Positions 11,501-23,234 of a DNA stretch of 49,586 bases are shown one piece after another. Position 1 is the stretch's first letter; every line of letters begins with the position of its first letter. The stretch comes from Hydrurus foetidus (taxonomy: Eukaryota): assembly GCA_900617105.1 (NCBI GenBank), contig UYFQ01000669.1, positions 1 through 49,586 on the forward strand. Direction: 5' to 3'. The position numbers and the translations under genes were made by a program. Below the pieces are notes generated by a model, which did no database searches, was not told the DNA's origin, and saw nothing but the letters and a program-made list of their open reading frames with translations.

Positions 11501-12043
11501 TGCGTCCAACCAATTCTCGACTGATGTGCAAATCTTAAAAAGCAGTCCTAACGGAGGCGAAGGATGACCGGGAAAATTGTATTCTAATACTTGATCTCCA
11601 AACATAGAATAATCATAAGTTTCTTCACTGATATTCCATATCATGTAGTGGCTCCCATGCTTCTGTTGCAGAAATGTCGAGATCGCGTCAATATCATTAC
11701 CGACAACACCAGGTTTCCTGGCCACTTTTTGATAGTCGTAAGGAAATGACATTGAAATCAGATTTTCAGTGACGTATGTGACATCCAGTACGCTCCTCTT
11801 TTTAGATACACTACTTCTGAATCTGAAGTTGTCCTGTGCGCCCCCGAGAGTTGACATGATGGAGCTGGCAGCGGCGTCCAGTTCATACTTTTCTCGCAGC
11901 TCCTTCGCTTGTTTTCCCAATTCAACAGCACCCTCTTGTGCAATTTTAGTTGCCGCCTGACCGATTATCAGCGCTCTATCAGCGTATCCTTTCGTTTTTA
12001 TCCTCGCATCCTCAAACCATTCCCCCCAGGAGGGTTTAGTCAT
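8585..12043 (-). CDS. PTEN/tensin-type phosphatase plus C2 domain protein; complement(join(8585..9213,9609..10219,10561..10640,10890..11215,11365..12043))
   Basis: LDVTYVTENLISMSFP, FPGHPSPPL, catalytic-loop motif HCLTGKGRT, TIPSQRRYVQYF, and C2 segments PYIQIF / GDVLLRCRH / AFHTGYI / KADLD. All introns are GT-AG and phase-compatible. Acidic low-complexity tail. Confidence 0.88.
10471..10550. repeat. (CTTAG)n pentanucleotide microsatellite in PTEN-like intron 3, beside the donor site
   Basis: Direct reading; ~16 units with 3 variant units. Confidence 0.95.
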
Positions 12044-12462
12044 TTAATCGAGCTATCTATCTACTTCGCGACAATATTCTCGACGTCGATGACACAGCTA
12101 TCAACGCCAATTCATAACAATGTCAGAATGCTTTATCACACAGTAAGTGTTCAAGTATTCTCAGTTCCGCTGAGCTTCGCAGTTGAAGGGGATGACCTCC
12201 ACACGTGTGTGTGTGTGATCAACAGGGGATTCAAAATTTTGAGTCAAATTTTGGACTTTTCATCGCAGTTGGGGAAAGCCGGGGGAAAACATTATTTTCC
12301 GTGTGCCATATGGACTGTGGACACTACTTTCGGGTACTGGGTGCGCTTATTGACTTTTAAGTTTTAAAACTATAGGTAGGCAAAACGCAACCTGCCTTCT
12401 TCGCTAACGCGAGTAGGTACTTCATTCAATTCTCGATAAATCATATCCGGAAATATTTTACC

Positions 12463-12704
12463 GTGTACTGAATTGAGAGATTTGTGTACTGAATGATTAA
12501 TTTGATGTACTGAATTCAATACTATAGGTTAGGATTAGGGTGAAGATTAGGGTTAGGGTTAGAGTTAGTGTTAGGGCTAAACTCAGAGTCAGGGTTAGGG
12601 TTAGGGTTAGGGTTAGGGTTAGGGTTAGGGTTAGGGCTAGAGTTAGAGTGTATTCAGTACATCAAACTATTAATTCAGTACATCAAACTATTAATTCAGT
12701 ACAC
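12463..12704. mobile_element. Putative non-autonomous inverted-repeat (MITE-like) element with a telomeric TTAGGG core
   Basis: 12463-12515 and the reverse complement of 12652-12704 match at 45/53 nt. Each arm has three GTACTGAAT motifs at 21-bp spacing. The core is a TTAGGG array. No clear target-site duplication. Confidence 0.6.
12529..12648 (+). repeat. Interstitial telomeric-type array: 20 TTAGGG-like hexamers in unbroken register, perfect run of 7 at 12595-12636
   Basis: Direct reading; variants include TTAGAG, TTAGTG, TCAGGG and CTAGAG. Confidence 0.95.
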
Positions 12705-13036
12705 CATGAATTGGGCCGCAAATCATGTCTACATGATGCATCTCGTTTCAGAGCTCACAAACCCGATAACTGTAGGATGTAGGAGAGATCTCAACAACTC
12801 CTCCCTTCGGCTGGAATGTGTTGTAGAACCTTATCCCTAAAGGGATATCTGTGCCGACAATATCCGACAGTTAGTTTAGTAGAGCATTCTGTGGTAGAAT
12901 TTGAGTTCACTGCTACTGACCAGAAGACGAAGACTACGACTACATACAATAATAGCAAATAGCTCCCGTCTCTGATTTCTTAATAACTTACAATTAGGTA
13001 ATTAAACGAAGGGTCTCACCATCGTCGCCAGTGTAA

Positions 13037-13044
13037 AAACCCTA
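13037..13044 (+). promoter_or_regulatory. Telo-box-like AAACCCTA just upstream of the BUD31 ATG
   Basis: Exact AAACCCTA ending 9 nt before the ATG at 13053. Function is inferred by analogy to plant telo-boxes. Confidence 0.3.
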
Positions 13045-13052
13045 AATCTAGA

Positions 13053-14275
13053 ATGTCCAAATTTGGACGGAAGATAAAACAGCCTCCAGAGGGCTTTGAC
13101 TACGTCGAGCCAACGCTTACGGCATTGGACAATGAACTTCGTGAAAGTAAGCGAGCTGCTCATTCTGCAGTATCTTAGTGTATCTACATTCAAAGCTTTC
13201 TCTTCTTAAAATTTTTCAACCACTCCTTCTACAAGTGGTCAATGCTCCGCACGAAGGACTGCGGAAGACTGGTGAGGCTTCGCTTCTTGAACACTGCAGA
13301 GACATTCTTCAAACGGTTATCCGTACTGTTCGACAGAACGCTTCATTTGCAAAGAAGGAGATACGTCTAACACGCTCCTTTGAATAAAAGTTCTTGATTG
13401 TCAATTTTAATTCTAAACCTGCAGAATCACAGTGGCCTGTCCATCAAATCAACTGGCAGAGGTCAAGATACATATACGATTTGTACTATATTTACGAGAA
13501 AATTTCAAAAGAAGTTTACGACTACTGTGTCAGTAATAAAATAGTCGACCCTGCGTTGATAGCTAAATGGAAGAAACCAGGATACGAAAGGCTCTGCTCA
13601 ACTTATGCAATTAATCCGAGGAATTACAAATTTGGAACTGTCAGCATATGCCGTGTGCCTAAGTCCTCATTAACAGCGGTAATTCCGACCCATATGTGAA
13701 TTGACTGATTCAAGAAGTTTCACTGCTGACAATCACAGCATTCCACATATTATTTGGACTTTCATTCTCGTTTGCACCATTCCATATTAGTATCCCATTA
13801 GCTCTTCTCCTGTATGCTACTAATCCTTCTGTTTGACTCTGACACGTCATATCATGTCATGTCATGTGATTGTTCTGATTCGTAGGGAACGGAAATCGAG
13901 GATCCTAACACGGGTTGCAGGGGATGCTCCTCGGGGGACGGGGGTAACATATTCGGCAACAAATACGGCCAATATCTAGCAGCGATACAAGTAGCTAGAG
14001 AAGAAAAAGCAGCTTTTGAGGCGCAGAATGACGCTGACGAAGAGGACGAGGAGGGCTTCGAGAGCGGCCCTATGCCGCCCATCAGAATAGCCCCCACACT
14101 GGACCTTGGACCGGTCGGAACAGCTGACGGAGGAACGGGGGAGATCGACTCTGTGTGGGCTGAGGGTGATGATGAGGAAGACAGCGGGTTGGGTAGGAAA
14201 GTTAAGAAAGGTATAGCGGATGCGAGCAATGGACTGTCAACCGGTCCTCCCGGCAAGAGAGTGAAGCCAAACTGA
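13053..14275 (+). CDS. BUD31: Pre-mRNA splicing factor BUD31/G10 with C-terminal extension; join(13053..13146,13236..13271,13425..13678,13886..14275)
   Basis: [62 protein letters not shown] and GCRGCS. GT-AG introns are in phase. Confidence 0.95.
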
Positions 14276-15745
14276 TGCACTACAGCAGAGAAGAAAAATA
14301 ACAGAGAAATACCTTACTTTCTTTCGGTTGCAATTATCTTACACTGCGACAGTGCAGTGAGTAAGAACTACGAGCAGAGGGGAGAAGATTGAAGCAGGGA
14401 GAATTTAAAGACAGAAAGTCTCGCACACTGACGCACTCCAAGTGCCGAGTGATATTCATCGCAAGGGAAGTGACGTGACTTGTGCTGGGATTGGCAACCC
14501 TATTTCCCATGTCCACTGCAATGCACCCATCCATTCATCGGATGTTCTCTCACTTCACAACTCATTAGAATTACGTATTGCACCTGACTGACTTCTGACT
14601 CCCTCCCTGCCTCCATGCGATGCCTTCACTTGTCACGACTGCCATCACTGCATCTCATCTCTTCTCAGCTCATCTCGAACATCTCTGAATGATACTGAGG
14701 CGGCGGAACGTTTATAAAGATCGTGAAGTTGGCATTTTGAATTTTTCTCTATTGTGCTATTATGGAATTTGAGCGGTTAAGGGTCCTGTGAGTACGTACT
14801 AAGATCGCAGAGGGAGTTCTTCGTGAGGTACTCAGATCATTTGCACTGATGACCAATCGTGGAGATGTATCAAGTCGTTGTTAAGATAGGACGAGGCTAA
14901 AAATACGAATTAAAGTCTTTTTGATCAACCACGGTTACATCACAGCTGATGCTAACACACCCACAAGTGGATCATCTCTCCTATGTACGGAAACTAAGCA
15001 AGTTTCGTCAATATCTATCTCCCATCATCGGATTTACAGTTCCGAGATTGATCTTATTCCGCGATGATATCACATGCATTTAGAATTGCGTGGCATTGCT
15101 TCGAACTGAGTCGTTCTATATTGTATCGTGTTGTATTGCATTGTATCATACTGCACTGAATTGTAGTGTCCTGCAGTTTGCTGCTCCGTGTGTTGCATCG
15201 CATATGAAATTGCGTTGTATTGAACTGAGTCGCATTGCACTAAATTACATTAATGTGTTAAATGTTACCATAGTGTATTGAAGGTCACATACCATTGAGC
15301 TGTGCTCATCCTCTTCAACGCATTCTTTCATATTCAATTCGTCCGTCAGATTGTATTACTTGAACCGAATCGCACAAAACTGTGTCCCCTTGGATGACAT
15401 CGATTTGACGTCAAGAGGTCAGCTAGGATTGCACTCCGCGTTTTTCATATTTTACGTGTATTACCATAAGTTACACGCATGTCTGCCAGCTCCTGCTATG
15501 CGAAGCGATGGGAAATAAGAACGGTTGGTAGGAATTATTAAAACCGTGCAGATTGCTTCGCAGATGTGAGTCAGCGAGACTCAAGTGTGAAAAAGATCTT
15601 CGCATCAACATTTGAGAAATCGATACTAAACACTCCTCAATAATTCGAATTTAAGCTTCAGCCAGACATTACTGTAACAGCAAATAATTACAGAAATTCC
15701 AGCACCAATTTGGAAATATCGTCTAAAAAGTAATCAAAATTTGAT

Positions 15746-18700
15746 TTATTTCCCCGAAAATTGATGCCCACTTCCACTCCCGATTTTTTTAATGTTTAAA
15801 CTGTTAATAACGTCCAACATCTGTCACAAAAGAATAAATAGTGGAAAGAGAGGAAGAAAGGTGAATGAGTAGAGATGAAAGTGAGCGAGATCGGATGCGA
15901 TTCAAAAAAGGCACAAAAGCAACAAAAATTTCATTTATAAAAAATATTGTAATAAAATACAACCGGTAGCACATGATTCGACTTCGGACGTCTTTCCAGT
16001 GACCCTCTTACTATTCTATTTTATCGATTAGGTACCTTGACGCAATTTCCCTTAAGGGCCTCGTAGTCCGTTTCTCTGCTCTTTGACTCCACGAAATCCT
16101 TCAACTCAAAAATCGTACTGGGGGAAGCAAAGGGAAGTGTCAGGTAATGGGTGACGTTGGGGCGCATAACTTGGGAATAAGCGATAAGTAGGCAAGGGAG
16201 GGAAGAAGTAATAGGAGAGGAGAAGAGAACAGAACAGAACAGAGTATGTGGGCAAGGAGAAGGAGGAGGGAGTTGCAAATAAAAACTAGGGAATTAGGAA
16301 ATGGACGGGAACAGGGAACAGGGAGGAGAGGAGTAAGAAAAGGAGAAAAGGAGGATGACAAGGAAGGGAAGGGGGGGGATAGAAGTACTGCACAGAACGA
16401 GGTACATCAGTGCATCCACTGACCGCTCGTTGTGCTTGAGTCTCTTCTCATTGTCGTCTAGCTCCCTCCCCGTCTCGTGCGCGTTGTAAGTTTTCTTCAG
16501 GCTCTCGTACTCAGTGGACACTACTTGCACCTGAGAAGGAGATGGAGAAGGAGAGGAAGGGAGAAGAGGAGATGAGATGAGGTGAGGTGAAGTGAGGTGA
16601 GATGAGATGAGATGAGATGAGGTGAGGTGAGGTGAGGTGAGGTGATGGGTGAGATGAGATGAGGTGATGAGATGAGATGAGATGAGATGAGATGAGATGA
16701 GATGAGATGAGATGAGATGAGATGAGATGAGATGAGATGAGATGAGATGAGATGAGATGAGATGAGATGAGATGAGATGAGATGAGATGAGATGAGATGA
16801 GATGAGATGAGATGAGATGAGATGAGATTAGATTAGATTTGGAAAATTACACAGATAGAAAAACAGAGTGCAGAACACTCTCTCTCACATCGCCAGACTC
16901 TGTGATATCTGATCTTTTGTTATTGTATTACATTTAATAAGATCACCCACATCACGTCTCATCCGAATGCATAGCAGTAGCTACCTGTTGCCTCATGGCG
17001 TCCCTCCTCTTGACGTAGGACTGCTTGACTTCCACCAGCCCCCTCTTGGTGTTTTCGAAGGCACGTCTCATGCCCTCGATGTCTTGAAACCCCTAGGGGG
17101 AACAGGGAGGACAGAGAATATTGAGATGGAGGAATAAGAAGAGGTGGCAAGTAGGCTGAGAAGATAAAGAGACTATGAGAAAGAGATGAAGAAGAAGGTG
17201 ATGACTGGAAAGTATGAATAAAGGCGGAAGAATTGTAGGCGAAGAAGAGCGAAGGTAGGGAAAGTGTGAAACAGGAGAAGATAAGAAGTGCGAGAGAGGG
17301 AGAAATGCACGAGTGGATTGAGGCGCATATTGTTCCCTTTGACTTTTCGCTCATAGGGTCACTCAAAACTAATGCAGCACCAAAACACCAGCAGCGATCT
17401 CAAAGAATCAAGAAACAGTACCAAATTACGTCAATTAAAATGATAATTACGGCTAATTATACCGTAACCCACCTGCATGTCTCTGTGCATCGTGGAAATG
17501 CTTTCTTTCAGTCCATTCAACTCCTTGACTAGCTTCGGCTCGGATATTCTCAGGAGGTCTAGATCTCTTTCTCTTTTTCTCTTTTCAGCGAGAAGGCTTT
17601 CCATCGTTCTTTGAGCAGTCGCCAGATTTTTTTCTTTGAATGTTCTTTGGTCTTCCATTTCTCCTAAGAGCATTCCATTCCATTCCGTTACGGTGATGTG
17701 TGAGATCAAGAATGGAATACTGGTGAAGAAAACAAGATAGTATAGGAGATGGTCCAGTATAGACAGGACAATACAGATCATATCAAATCTTATCAAATCA
17801 AATCAAATCAAATCAAATCAAATCAAATCAAATCAAATCAAATCAAATCAGATGATCTGATCTGATCTGATCAAATACAGTAAGAAATAAACTCGAATAA
17901 AATCATAGGATGTAATTAGAAGATAAGGAGAGGAAGGAGCAATACTGTGCAGTCACAAGACATCGAATCTCACTTCACTTCACTTCACTCCGTTGCATTG
18001 AGTTCAGTTCAGTTGAGTTGAGTTGAGTTGAGTTGCATTTTCTACCAATCCAACTCAACTCAACCACAAACAAGCTACTCGTATGACTGCTGCGTCTCAC
18101 CTAGCGCATCTTGAGAAGGCATTTGGGACGTTTCGTCTAGCCCTCTTCCAATGTGCTCCAGCAGCCCACACACGATGTCCCGTACGGACTGCTGCTCAAT
18201 GCGTACGTTCTCTTGCGTCTAGCATAGTGCGTCAGAGATAGGATTGATGATGGATAAATCAGAAATAATGATGAGGATGGTGAAGGATGGCAAATTAGAA
18301 CGTTACATTGATGATGATGATGATGATGATGATGATGAGAAGATCAGGAAGAGGAGAAGATCAGGAAGAGATGAAGTCTAACACAGCATTGTTGAGGGCG
18401 TTCAGTGATCACATTTGGGATGGAGCGTAGTAAAAGGAGGGTAGAGCGGTGTGCGTTGTCCTGCCTATAGGAGAGTGAAGGTATTCGGAACAAGTCAGCC
18501 ATGTCTACTCTTCTCCCCTCAGATCCTGTCTTCTCCTGTTCTCTCTTCTCCTATCTTCTTCTCTTCTTTGCTCTCCACTTCTACTCTCTTCTCTCCTCTT
18601 CTTTTCTTTTCTTTTCTCTTCTCTTCTCTTCTCTCACCTCTTCGAACTTGTCCATGAAGGCAGTCATGTCCTGGTCCCTCTTGTGCAGCAATTCATACTT

Positions 18701-21700
18701 CGCTGCCTCGCTGCTGTCCTCCTAACATATTAGATAGTGACAAGAGGAGAAGAGAAGTGTAAGAGAGGTGGTGAAACAAATAGAGGGGTAGTGATTGGTG
18801 GTCACATAGAGGTGATGATAAGAATATTAGAGAGGTAGAGCGTGAGTAGAGAAGGACACGCGTCGATACGATGGGTTGAGATAGGATGGATAGAGCGTGA
18901 TGGTGAAGGTAGCAGACTTGGTATATGGTATGGGACAAAAGAGTAGGGGTGTGAAGAAGAAAAAGAAGAGGAAGAGGAAGAAGAAGAAGAAGAAGGAGAA
19001 GAAGAAGGAGAAGAAGAGGAAGAAGATGTCACCAATCATCTTCAGCAATGCGGTGCATCTCGTGCAGGACACAACAGGACAAATCATCTCCTCTCCATGT
19101 ACGTAATGATGAAGTCCAGCTCTTTCATGATATGAATTGTGATGGAGGAAAAGGAATAGAGCAAGAAATTCAATTGCCTAGTCTGCAATGCAATTCTATT
19201 TCATTTTCCATTTTCTATTCCTATTCCTCCTTCTAATTCACTCTCTATTTTCCTCCTGATTTTCTTGGTCTACCTCGTTAGTGGACGTCAAATCTTCAAG
19301 AGCTTTCTTCATGCCCGATATCTCCGTCTTCATTAAAACCAATTTGTCGTCAAGCGCCTTTGTGTTCTGGAGAATGTAACGAGAAGTAGGGAGGAATACG
19401 TTCAGTGAGATTGAATTGTATTGATTACACACAATGCGAATAGTGAGGAAGAAGCAACAGTCGATAGAAATGTGAAATCTGCGCATAAAAAAAGATATGG
19501 TCAAAAATAGAAAAACTAAAGTGGAAATAGAAGAATTACGAGTGAGAGAACTGAGCAACTAAGAAAATGGACGAGTTGAGATAAGTCCGCTCACTATTTA
19601 CCTGTTTGAAATTGTTGACTCTCGCGACAAACTTAGTGTGCGCCTCTTTTGGATCGAGATTGGATATTTCTAGTTCTTCGTTCAGTCCCTCCGCGTCCCT
19701 CTTCAAAGTGCGGTACTGAGAAAAATGAAAATGAAAAAAATGAAAATTGATATATAGCAAGGAGAAAATGAAAGAGATAGGTTGCAGAGGGTTCGAGAGT
19801 GGGCGAAGTGCGAATGGACGAGGATTAGGGGGACTAGGGGATTGGGGGAGGGGTTTGCTTTCTACCTCACTACGATAAATGATTCCTCTTCAAAAGGCAA
19901 AAATCAATCACACCACCTAATTATCACTGTGCACTGTAGATCATGTACGTGCATACGTTCTTACCGTCTTTTCTAATGTGGAGAATTCTTTTCTGTGCAC
20001 GTTTGTTTTGTCGTCTATTTCGTAGTGTCTGATTTTCTCGTTGACCTGAAGACATGTAAAAATTTCAATAATGAGAATGACATTATAGTAATGATGTAAC
20101 TGTTTGGAATGGAATGGAATGGAATGGTGGTGAACACGGATTTGAGCGTAAATCATGACACGAATCAGAGGAAGGATTTAGATACGGGCTCAAAAATCCT
20201 TTTAATTGATTTCTACGATGTTCTCTACTATTTAAATGCACAGTGTAATGCAGCACAGTACTGCTCAGTGGTGACTATATGTCATGTCCCCTCTTTACTC
20301 CTCTTCCTCTCTTCCTCTTCCTCACCTCGTTCAGCTTGTTGTCGCACTGCATCGATCTCTCTTGCAGCTCTCTTTGTCTGCAGCAGGGAACAAATTACAC
20401 TTGTTAGATTTGGAGACACTTCGCGTTAGGTGATATGAGTTAAATTGCTTCTACGACTACCTAAAGAATATACAGCGTTCTTGCAAATCACATCACATCA
20501 CATCACATTACATTACATTACATTACATCACATCACATCATATCACATCACATCACATCATGACACATCATGACACATCACATCACATCATGACACATCA
20601 TGACACATCGCATCATGACACATCATGACACATCACATCATGACACATCACATCACATCACATCATGACACATCACATCACATCACATCAAATCACATCA
20701 CATCACATCACATCACATCACATCATATCACATTACATTACATTACATTACATTATGATACATTACATTATGATACATTATGATACATTACATTTTCAAT
20801 ACATTATATTACATTATATTATGTCATATCATTGCATACATTACACATTACATTGATACATCCATCATACATTACACATACATTGCATTGTATTACATTA
20901 CATTACATTACATTATGATATATTACATTACATCATGATACATCATGACACATCACATCACATCACATATGACACATCATGACACATCATATCACATCAC
21001 ATCATGACACATCATATCACATCATGACACATCCTGACACATCATATCACATCATGACACATCATGACACATCATATCACATCATGACACATCATGACAC
21101 ATCACATCATGACACATCACATCATGACACATCACATCATGACACATCACATCATGACACATCACATCACATCACATCACATCACATCATGACACATCAA
21201 ATCATCTCATATCACATCTTATAATGACACATTAATCACTTAATACTGTCGAAGTGGGTGTGATTTATGACATGGTGAGATGCGGTAGTTCTATCGCTAC
21301 TGCGTCCAGTAAATGAACTGCAAGGTGCCCAGAACTAATAACTCGCAATGAGATGGCAGTACAGTAAAGTAAAGCACAGTACATAACATAGCATTACACT
21401 TAATTACAGTACAGTACAACACAACACAACATATCATAACACAACACAACACAACACAACACAACACAACACAACACAACACAACACAACACAACACAAC
21501 ACAACACATCACAACACAACACAACACAACACAACACAACACAACACAACACAACACAACACAACACAACACAACACAACACAACACAACACAACACAAC
21601 ACAACACAACACAACACATCACAACACATCACATCACATCACATCACACAACACAACACAACACAACACAACACAACACAACACAACACAACACAACACA

Positions 21701-23234
21701 ACACAACACAACACAACACAACACAACACAACACAACACAACACAACACAACACAACACAACACAACACAACACAACATAACACAACACAACACACATAA
21801 TACAACCTACACATAACACACATAACATACATAACCTACAAACACAAATACAACACACACAACACAACAACACAACACAACACAACACAACACAACACAA
21901 CACAACACAACACAACACAACACAACACAACACAACACAACACAACACAACACACAACACAACACAACACAACACAACACAACACAACACAACACAACAC
22001 AACACAACACAACACAACACAACACAACACAACACAACACAACACAACACAACACAACACAACACAACACAACACAACACAACACAACACAACACAACAC
22101 AACACAACACAACACAACACAACACAACACAACACAACACAACACAACACAACACAACACAACACAACACAACACAACACAACACAACACAGCGCATACA
22201 AGACAGCGTAAAAATATCACAGCACATAATGCTCGACAACACCAGATCACAATATCACGATCATTCAAAGGAGTGCCAATCCAATCAACTGGAATCATTT
22301 ATCACCAATCAATCACTTTTGTACGTACTTGGTGAGGAGTTCGTTGTACGCTCTTAGTTTCCCCGGTTCCAGCTCGTTTATACGGTTTTGAATAGCAGTG
22401 TACTGAGCCTCAATCTGATCTTCCAACTGAAGCGTTTGAAAGCATTTATTTGATTAGATAAATTGGAAGGATAGGACTTTATTCGTAAATACTGTTCTGA
22501 ATTAGTCGTCCTCTCTATTCCATCGAAGAATATGGTTGTTAGTATATGATACCTTGCCTGTGTCTTCTTCCTTCTGCTTCTTCGACTTGAACACTCTGTC
22601 TAGCTCCTGTCCAGTCTGTCTATTCTTCTCAGCTAGATGTGTTCCTTGTTGCTGAACATCTTCCGGATCGGTTGAAGTCCTCGTCTGTCAGAATAATATA
22701 GTTTGTGTTACATCGCGCTGAAATAGAAGCTCTTCTGATTCGCAGTAAAGAAACATTAGACAAAACCTTATCCATTGCTAGATTGTAATCAGCGAGCTGT
22801 CCTTCCAATTTTTCCTTTTCTTTCGATAGCGTCTCATACTTCTTTTCCAGTTGAGTATAAGCTGAGTTGTCTTTAGATTGCTGGTCAATTTCGTTCCGCA
22901 ACTTTCTCGTCTCCCCTCCAACATCTGTTATCTTCTTTCTCAACAACCCAATATAATACGAATTATCTTCGACAAGACGCCCTGTACCAAGGCCTTGGGC
23001 CTTCATACCCATGACTCCCTGACCTGTAACAGGTCTATCTAGAACGCTGATACTCGCAGATAAAGCAACACCTTGGGCAGCCTGCGTCCCAGGCCCTGAA
23101 GGCGCAACACCGGTTCGCAATCTGCCAGTTCCAGGAGGCTTTCTGCTCATTCCACTTCCAGGTCGTAACCCTGTTCCTGGTGGATTTCCACCAGAACTAC
23201 CAGGCATATTGCTACCTCTACTGTTGGGTCTCAT
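15746..23234 (-). CDS. IFT74: Intraflagellar transport protein 74, ~600 aa, 14 exons: 23234-22767, 22684-22553, 22426-22329, 20377-20326, 20045-19965, 19715-19602, 19366-19274, 18721-18638, 18218-18101, 17663-17473, 17092-16985, 16530-16424, 16117-16036, 15820-15746
   Basis: Basic RPGSG/PPGTGRLRTG N-terminus, DRPVTGQG, DNSYYIGLLRKKI, LEGQLADYNLAMDK, KYELLHKRDQDMTAFMDKFE and IFELKDFVESKSRETDY. Exons sum to 1803 nt in a single frame. Confidence 0.93.
16569..16838. repeat. (GATGA)n/(GGTGA)n microsatellite in IFT74 intron 11; (TCATC)n on the sense strand
   Basis: Direct reading. Confidence 0.95.
17792..17850. repeat. (AAATC)n microsatellite in IFT74 intron 9
   Basis: Direct reading. Confidence 0.95.
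20487..21215. repeat. Compound degenerate (CACAT)n/(TACAT)n/(CATGACACAT)n array in IFT74 intron 3
   Basis: Direct reading; 5-bp base unit with 10-, 15- and 25-bp higher-order variants. Confidence 0.9.
21415..22190. repeat. ~780-bp (ACAAC)n microsatellite in IFT74 intron 3; (GTTGT)n on the sense strand
   Basis: Direct reading; source of the spurious CCVVL ORFs. Confidence 0.97.

Noticed and set aside
12463..12704. CRISPR-like or true chromosome-end reading of the repeats
   Set aside because: Subrepeats are inverted across the core with short, similar spacers and no cas genes; intact genes flank both sides.
12540..12840. (RV)n and (GL)n ORFs
   Set aside because: Translations of the TTAGGG array.
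12775..12925. Small hairpins (TATCCCT-AA-AGGGATA, a CTTCGG loop) suggesting a structured RNA or tRNA
   Set aside because: Stems are short, with no cloverleaf or recognisable snRNA/snoRNA boxes.
14843..14952. Possible box C/D snoRNA (TGATGA...CTGA with a 3-bp terminal stem)
   Set aside because: Motifs are short, and the only rRNA-like complement (ACCACGGTTA) is not adjacent to a D box; would need snoscan or Infernal support.
21297..22298. Cys/Val-rich ORFs (CCVVL)n
   Set aside because: Translations of the (GTTGT)n intronic microsatellite, open in several frames; not proteins.
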